Origin: Escherichia coli
Lineage (GTDB): Bacteria > Pseudomonadota > Gammaproteobacteria > Enterobacterales > Enterobacteriaceae
Strand: one strand, 5' to 3'
DNA: 64,000 nucleotides
Assembly: GCF_009931435.1 (NCBI RefSeq)
Contig: NZ_CP043414.1
In this document: positions 52,998 to 64,000 of the stretch, piece by piece
Numbering within the stretch: the stretch's first letter is position 1
Layout: each line of letters starts with the position of its first letter
Notes under the pieces: generated by a model
What the model was told of the DNA's origin: nothing
Databases searched by the model: none
The model's input: only the letters and a program-made list of their open reading frames with translations
Made by a program: the position numbers and the translations under genes

Positions 52998-53768
52998 TTA
53001 TGCTGCTTTATGTGCTTCTACCATGATGATATCACTGGTGAAAGAGCCATCATTCTGCAAGGCAAAATACGTTTTCACCTCTGTCGATGCGCTCTGTTGG
53101 TAAACGCGAATAGCGTCTACTAACGTTTCTGGCGTACGCATTCTCGCGACCCATGAAGAAAATTCCAGCGGTAACTTATCTGTAATTAAATTATCAACTA
53201 TCAGATTGGCTTCATTGATTAACGTCAACCACTCACCGCTGGCGTAGTTTCGTACGTGTGAGGTATCGCGTAATGCTTCTGCCGTCTGTAACCAGATGTC
53301 GCGCACTGGGTGACCCGGAGACATTACGTCCATCACAATCAGCTTACCGCCAGGTTTCAATATCCGATTCACTTCACGCAGTGCTGCACCAACATCATGC
53401 CAGTGATGGGCAGAATAACGGCTGATAACAATATCAAATGCGTTATCGGCAAATGGCAGACTTTCGGCATAACCCTGGCGGGTGGTGATATTTTTCAGTT
53501 GCCGGGCTTCAGCAGCTTGTGCCACGACATCCAGCATTTGGGCAGATAAGTCATACGCCACCACCGCGCTAACGTTCTGCGCAGCGACAAAGCTGGCATG
53601 CCCTGCTCCGCAGCCCATATCAAGTACACTTGCATCAGGATAATCAGCCAGACGCACCGCCAGGCGCTGTAAATCTCGCCCGGATGCATGTACGGTACTG
53701 GTTAAATACTCACTGGCCTGCGAGCTAAACTGCTTTTCTACGTGGTCATGGTGGGATTGTGTTGTCAT
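52998..53768 (-). CDS. yafE: SAM-dependent methyltransferase YafE (start uncertain)
   Basis: 256 aa ORF with methyltransferase motif I VLDMGCGAGHAS; K-12 annotation as I recall it is shorter. Confidence 0.8.
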   Translation of the reverse strand: MTTQSHHDHVEKQFSSQASEYLTSTVHASGRDLQRLAVRLADYPDASVLDMGCGAGHASFVAAQNVSAVVAYDLSAQMLDVVAQAAEARQLKNITTRQGYAESLPFADNAFDIVISRYSAHHWHDVGAALREVNRILKPGGKLIVMDVMSPGHPVRDIWLQTAEALRDTSHVRNYASGEWLTLINEANLIVDNLITDKLPLEFSSWVARMRTPETLVDAIRVYQQSASTEVKTYFALQNDGSFTSDIIMVEAHKAA

Positions 53769-53844
53769 TGCGCTGTCCTTTTGTTATTTGATTAAAAAGG
53801 GCAGCGCCAAACGTTGGTCTGCCCTGTGGCAGACCTGACATACC

Positions 53845-54696
<852 letters not shown>

Positions 54697-54885
54697 CTAC
54701 TGTTATAGGGATTTTAGCTCACTCTTTCAACGAGCAATTGTATATTGTTATGTAAGCAAGTGCTTACACCGGTCAGAAATTTGCTCATTATTGAGAACAT
54801 TAAATCGGATGACATATCACGCATCCTGATGGTTTAATGACAAATAAATTCAAAATATCTCATCTATTTTGCAACAGGAGCAAAA

Positions 54886-55800
54886 ATGAAAGCCACGTCG
54901 GAAGAACTCGCCATTTTTGTTTCGGTCGTCGAAAGCGGCAGCTTTAGCCGGGCAGCGGAACAATTAGGGCAAGCAAACTCAGCGGTAAGCCGGGCGGTGA
55001 AAAAGCTGGAGATGAAACTTGGCGTTAGCCTGCTTAATCGGACCACGCGGCAACTTAGCCTGACAGAAGAAGGCGAGCGTTATTTTCGCCGCGTACAGTC
55101 AATTTTGCAGGAGATGGCAGCGGCAGAATCAGAAATTATGGAGACGCGTAATACACCGCGTGGACTGTTACGGATCGATGCCGCAACTCCAGTGGTGCTG
55201 CACTTTCTGATGCCGTTAATTAAGCCTTTCCGTGAACGCTATCCGGAAGTTACTTTATCGCTAGTCTCCTCCGAAACGATTATTAATTTGATCGAAAGAA
55301 AAGTGGATGTCGCGATACGCGCTGGTACGTTAACGGATTCCAGCTTACGTGCCAGGCCATTGTTTAACAGTTATCGAAAAATTATCGCCTCCCCTGATTA
55401 TATTGCCCGCTACGGCAAGCCAGAAACTATTGACGATTTAAAGCAACATGTTTGCCTGGGATTCACTGAACCCGCTTCCCTCAATACCTGGCCGATAGCC
55501 TGTAGTGATGGACAATTACATGAGGTAAAGTACGGTTTGTCATCCAATAGTGGGGAAACACTGAAACAGCTTTGCCTGAGTGGCAACGGGATTGCGTGTT
55601 TGTCCGACTATATGATCGACAGAGAAATCGCTCGCGGAGAATTGGTGGAGTTAATGGCAGACAAAGTGTTGCCAGTGGAAATGCCATTCAGTGCAGTCTA
55701 TTACAGCGACCGTGCGGTAAGTACGCGCATCCGGGCTTTTATCGATTTCCTTAGCGAGCATGTAAAAACAGCTCCCAGAGGAGCTGTCAGAGAGGCTTAA
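54886..55800 (+). CDS. yafC: LysR-family transcriptional regulator YafC
   Basis: 304 aa; N-terminal helix-turn-helix [23 protein letters not shown]. Confidence 0.85.
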   Translation: MKATSEELAIFVSVVESGSFSRAAEQLGQANSAVSRAVKKLEMKLGVSLLNRTTRQLSLTEEGERYFRRVQSILQEMAAAESEIMETRNTPRGLLRIDAATPVVLHFLMPLIKPFRERYPEVTLSLVSSETIINLIERKVDVAIRAGTLTDSSLRARPLFNSYRKIIASPDYIARYGKPETIDDLKQHVCLGFTEPASLNTWPIACSDGQLHEVKYGLSSNSGETLKQLCLSGNGIACLSDYMIDREIARGELVELMADKVLPVEMPFSAVYYSDRAVSTRIRAFIDFLSEHVKTAPRGAVREA

Positions 55801-56600
55801 TCCCATTCAGGAGCCAGACCTTCCGGGCTAACCAGGCGGTCGTTGCAATCCAGTGCGGCGATCGCTTTTTTATCTTCGGCATCAAGCTGTAAATTTTGTG
55901 CCTTAAGATTACTCTCCAGGTTTTCACGTCTAGTAGAAGAAGGAATTACCGAGTAACCTTCCCCCATAGCCCACGCCAGAATCACTTGTGCCGGAGTCGC
56001 ATTGTGTTTAGCTGCGATACGAGCAATAACCTCATTTTTCAGTGCCTTACCATAAGCCAGCGTCATATAGGAAGTAATATGGATGCCGTGCTGTTTAGCC
56101 CAATCAACCACTTTACGGTTTTGCAGATAAGGAGAGAGTTCAATCTGGTTAGTAGCGATGTTTTCAGCGCCAACAGCAGCAATCGCTTTTTCCATCAATG
56201 GGATCGTGAAGTTGGAAATACCGATCTCACGCGTCAGACCTTGTTTTTTCGCTTCCAGCAGCGCCTGCATAAACTCTTCAACAGAGACTTCATCGTTTGG
56301 TGACGGCCAGTGGATTAGCGTCAGATCAACATAATCGGTACGCAATTTTTGCAGGCTCTCTTTCAGACTTGGGGTCAATTTATCTTTGCTGAGATTTTCA
56401 ATCCAGATTTTAGTGGTGATGTAGAGTTCATTACGTGGCACGCCACTTTCTGCAATCGCCTGACCTACTGCGGCTTCGTTATCATAGATTTGTGCGGTAT
56501 CAATTGCGCGATAACCAAGTTCAAGCGCCGTTTTCACAGATGAAATAACAACGTCGTCTTTCAGACGAAAAGTACCTAAACCAAATGCAGGGATAGCCAT
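55797..56600 (-). CDS. dkgB: 2,5-diketo-D-gluconate reductase B (aldo-keto reductase)
   Basis: 267 aa aldo-keto reductase; next to aspU as in K-12. Confidence 0.9.
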   Translation of the reverse strand: MAIPAFGLGTFRLKDDVVISSVKTALELGYRAIDTAQIYDNEAAVGQAIAESGVPRNELYITTKIWIENLSKDKLTPSLKESLQKLRTDYVDLTLIHWPSPNDEVSVEEFMQALLEAKKQGLTREIGISNFTIPLMEKAIAAVGAENIATNQIELSPYLQNRKVVDWAKQHGIHITSYMTLAYGKALKNEVIARIAAKHNATPAQVILAWAMGEGYSVIPSSTRRENLESNLKAQNLQLDAEDKKAIAALDCNDRLVSPEGLAPEWD

Positions 56601-56721
56601 AATATGCCTCTTTTAATGCTATGTTCGTTAACTGAGATGATTATGGACTTTAGACTGTTGCGGAAAAAGGGCATAAAATGCAGAGGATTTTTGCAATTAT
56701 GGCAACAATAAACATACAGAC

Positions 56722-56752
56722 GAAAAAAAACCTCGAGCGTTAACTCGAGGCT
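56722..56752 (-). terminator. rRNA operon terminator downstream of aspU
   Basis: Minus strand reads gcctcgagttaacgctcgaggc hairpin then TTTTTTTT. Confidence 0.55.
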
Positions 56753-56762
56753 TCTTAATAAG

Positions 56763-56839
56763 TGGCGGAACGGACGGGACTCGAACCCGCGACCCCCTGC
56801 GTGACAGGCAGGTATTCTAACCGACTGAACTACCGCTCC
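56763..56839 (-). tRNA. aspU: tRNA-Asp (GUC), distal gene of the rRNA operon
   Basis: Same 77 nt sequence as the aspV copy. Confidence 0.97.
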
Positions 56840-56891
56840 ACCGAATTCTTTTACAACCACCGGTTTTATGACCGGCTTACTGCTTAATTTG

Positions 56892-57011
56892 ATGCCTGGC
56901 AGTTCCCTACTCTCGCATGGGGAGACCCCACACTACCATCGGCGCTACGGCGTTTCACTTCTGAGTTCGGCATGGGGTCAGGTGGGACCACCGCGCTAAG
57001 GCCGCCAGGCA
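56892..57011 (-). rRNA. rrfH: 5S ribosomal RNA
   Basis: 120 nt; reverse complement matches E. coli 5S rRNA (UGCCUGGCGGCC...GCCAGGCAU). Confidence 0.95.
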
Positions 57012-57104
57012 AATTCTGTTTCATCAGACCGCTTCTGCGTTCTGATTTAATCTGTATCAGGCTGAAAATCTTCTCTCAATCCGCCAAAACACCTTCGGCG
57101 TTGT

Positions 57105-60008
<2,904 letters not shown>

Positions 60009-60191
60009 TCACAACCCGAAGATGTTTCTTGCGATTCATCATCGTGTTGCGAAAATTTGAGAGACTCACGAACAACTTTCGTTGTTCAGTGTTTCAATTT
60101 TCAGCTTGATCCAGATTTTTAAAGAGCAAAACTTCGCAGTGAACCTTTGCAGGTACACTCTGAAGTATTTTTTATTTAATCACTACAGAGA

Positions 60192-60267
60192 TGGTGGAGC
60201 TATGCGGGATCGAACCGCAGACCTCCTGCGTGCAAAGCAGGCGCTCTCCCAGCTGAGCTATAGCCCC
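60192..60267 (-). tRNA. alaV: tRNA-Ala (UGC), spacer tRNA
   Basis: Reverse complement matches E. coli tRNA-Ala (GGGGCUAUAGCUCAGCUGGGAGAGCGCCUGCUUUGCACGCAGG...). Confidence 0.97.
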
Positions 60268-60309
60268 ATAACATGTAGTTAAAACCTCTTCAAATTTGCG
60301 GTGCAAATT

Positions 60310-60386
<77 letters not shown>

Positions 60387-60454
60387 GTAGAGGTTTTACT
60401 GCTCATTTTCATCAGACAATCTGTGTGAGCACTGCAAAGCACAGTTCTTTAAGG

Positions 60455-61996
<1,542 letters not shown>

Positions 61997-62180
61997 AAAA
62001 GTTTGATGCTCAAAGAATTAAACTTCGTAATGAATTACGTGTTCACTCTTGAGACTTGGTATTCATTTTTCGTCTTGCGACGTTAAGAATCCGTATCTTC
62101 GAGTGCCCACACAGATTGTCTGATAAATTGTTAAAGAGCAGTTGCGACGCGGCTTTCAACTCACTGTCGCGAGGTGGCGT

Positions 62181-62208
62181 ATATTACGCTTTCCTCTTTC
62201 AGAGTCAA
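62181..62208 (-). promoter_or_regulatory. rRNA operon promoter P2
   Basis: Minus strand reads TTGACT, 16 nt spacer, TAATAT. Confidence 0.6.
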
Positions 62209-62290
62209 CCCTGAATTTCAGGATTTTTCTCTTCAACCGAACCGGCTGTTTGTGTGAAGTGATTCACATCCGCCGTGTCGATGGAGGCGC

Positions 62291-62318
62291 ATTATAGGGA
62301 GTCGTTTCAGGAAGACAA
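62291..62318 (-). promoter_or_regulatory. rRNA operon promoter P1, with AT-rich upstream element region
   Basis: Minus strand reads TTGTCT, 16 nt spacer, TATAAT within CTCCCTATAATGCGCC, the classic rrn P1 core. Confidence 0.65.
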
Positions 62319-62361
62319 GCGGAAAAATGCATTTTTATTTCAACCGCTCATCTTTTAATCA

Positions 62362-62934
62362 TTACGCCGGTTTTTGCTGCTTTTTTATCGCTTGCGGCAG
62401 GTCTGCCAGGCTATTTAACACCCAATCCGCCGCGTTTTCTGCTTCAGGCGTAATAGGTTTTCCCGTACGCACCAGCACTTTTGTTCCCACGTTCGCCGCA
62501 GCCGCTGCCTGCATATCTTCTAATTTATCGCCCACCATATAAGAAGCGGCCATATCAATATGCAAATAATCGCGTGCTGACAAAAGCATCCCCGGATGTG
62601 GTTTGCGGCAGTCGCAGACCTGGCGAAACTCTTCAACACTACCCTGCGGATGATGCGGGCAATAATAGATACCATCCAGATCGACATCGCGGTCCGCCAG
62701 CGACCAGTCCATCCACTCGGTCAGCGTTTCAAACTGTGCTTCAGTAAATTTACCGCGAGCAATGCCAGACTGGTTGGTTACTACCACCAGCGCAAAGCCC
62801 ATTTTTTTTAGCTCGCGCATGGCGTCAATAACACCGTCGATAAATTCAAAGTTGTCGATCTCATGGACATAGCCGTGATCGACATTAATGGTGCCATCAC
62901 GGTCAAGAAAAATTGCGGGTACGCTCTTCGCCAC
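62362..62934 (-). CDS. gmhB: D-glycero-beta-D-manno-heptose-1,7-bisphosphate 7-phosphatase
   Basis: 190 aa HAD-family phosphatase with FLDRDGTIN motif; directly upstream of the rRNA operon. Confidence 0.95.
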   Translation of the reverse strand: MAKSVPAIFLDRDGTINVDHGYVHEIDNFEFIDGVIDAMRELKKMGFALVVVTNQSGIARGKFTEAQFETLTEWMDWSLADRDVDLDGIYYCPHHPQGSVEEFRQVCDCRKPHPGMLLSARDYLHIDMAASYMVGDKLEDMQAAAAANVGTKVLVRTGKPITPEAENAADWVLNSLADLPQAIKKQQKPA

Positions 62935-63120
62935 CTTTTATAGCTCCTTAATAAGGCATGTGACGCTAGTATCGCATGTTTCGACCTGCAAGAAAGTGCT
63001 CTTCGCATAAACCTGATTGATTTAGACGTCTGGATGCCTTAACATCCATTTCATTGACGGCTTTGACCGTTTCAGGCATTCGAAATGCCACGACTAACTT
63101 AATGACGATAATAAATAATC

Positions 63121-64000
63121 AATGATAAAACTTTCGAATATCACCAAAGTGTTCCACCAGGGCACCCGCACCATCCAGGCGTTGAACAACGTCAGCCTGC
63201 ATGTGCCAGCTGGACAAATTTATGGCGTTATCGGTGCCTCAGGCGCGGGTAAAAGTACGCTTATCCGTTGTGTAAACCTGCTGGAGCGCCCAACCGAGGG
63301 TAGTGTGCTGGTCGATGGTCAGGAACTGACCACGCTGTCAGAATCCGAGTTGACCAAAGCTCGCCGCCAGATTGGTATGATTTTCCAGCATTTTAACCTG
63401 CTCTCTTCGCGCACTGTTTTTGGCAACGTGGCACTGCCGCTGGAGCTGGACAACACGCCGAAAGACGAGATTAAACGTCGCGTGACAGAATTACTGTCAT
63501 TGGTTGGTCTTGGCGATAAGCATGATAGTTACCCGTCTAACCTTTCCGGTGGGCAGAAACAACGTGTGGCGATTGCCCGTGCGTTAGCCAGCAATCCCAA
63601 AGTATTGCTGTGTGATGAGGCCACCAGCGCGCTGGACCCGGCAACAACACGTTCTATTCTCGAACTGCTGAAAGACATCAATCGTCGTCTGGGTTTGACG
63701 ATTCTGTTGATCACCCACGAAATGGACGTTGTGAAGCGCATTTGTGATTGCGTGGCGGTGATCAGTAATGGCGAGTTGATCGAGCAGGACACGGTAAGTG
63801 AAGTGTTCTCGCATCCGAAAACGCCGCTAGCGCAGAAGTTTATTCAGTCGACCCTGCATCTGGATATCCCGGAAGATTACCAGGAACGTCTGCAAGCGGA
63901 GCCATTCACTGACTGCGTGCCGATGCTGCGTCTGGAGTTTACCGGTCAATCGGTCGATGCCCCGCTGCTTTCTGAAACCGCGCGTCGTTTCAACGTCAAT
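63121..64000 (+). CDS. metN: Methionine ABC transporter ATP-binding protein MetN (3' end beyond window)
   Basis: Frame open from the ATG at 63121 to the window end; Walker [13 protein letters not shown] signature LSGGQKQR, Walker [12 protein letters not shown]. Confidence 0.93.

Overview
This window is an Escherichia coli-type chromosomal segment, in reverse orientation relative to the K-12 map as I recall it. It carries conserved housekeeping genes on both sides of a roughly 37.5 kb Type VI secretion system (T6SS) and Rhs toxin island. The left flank is lfhA (partial), a HicAB-like pair, yafL, dinJ-yafQ, yafK, yafJ, gmhA, fadE, ivy and yafV. The island (about 9.9 to 47.4 kb) sits between yafV and yafT, near tRNA-Asp (aspV). 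It contains an H-repeat (ISAs1-family) transposase, two tandem full-length Rhs genes with different C-terminal toxin domains and their putative immunity genes, a PstS-like lipoprotein, vgrG and hcp on the minus strand, and a complete core gene set on the plus strand (tssB, tssC, tssE, tssF, tssG, tagH, tssJ, tssK, tssL, clpV, vasI-like, tssA, tssM, vasL-like). It ends with a second hcp followed by an AT-rich candidate membrane-targeting effector and immunity pair. The right flank is yafT, aspV, dnaQ, rnhA, yafS, gloB, mltD, yafE, yafD, yafC, dkgB, then a complete rRNA operon on the minus strand (aspU, 5S, 23S, alaV, ileV, 16S, with P1/P2 promoters), gmhB and the start of metN. The T6SS core itself is a known type; the most likely novel content is the cargo: the two Rhs C-terminal toxins, the hcp2-linked pair, the PstS-like gene and a tssC-like fragment. 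All calls come from reading the ORF translations and sequence motifs; no database search or computation was run, and boundaries of RNA genes and regulatory sites are approximate to a few bases.
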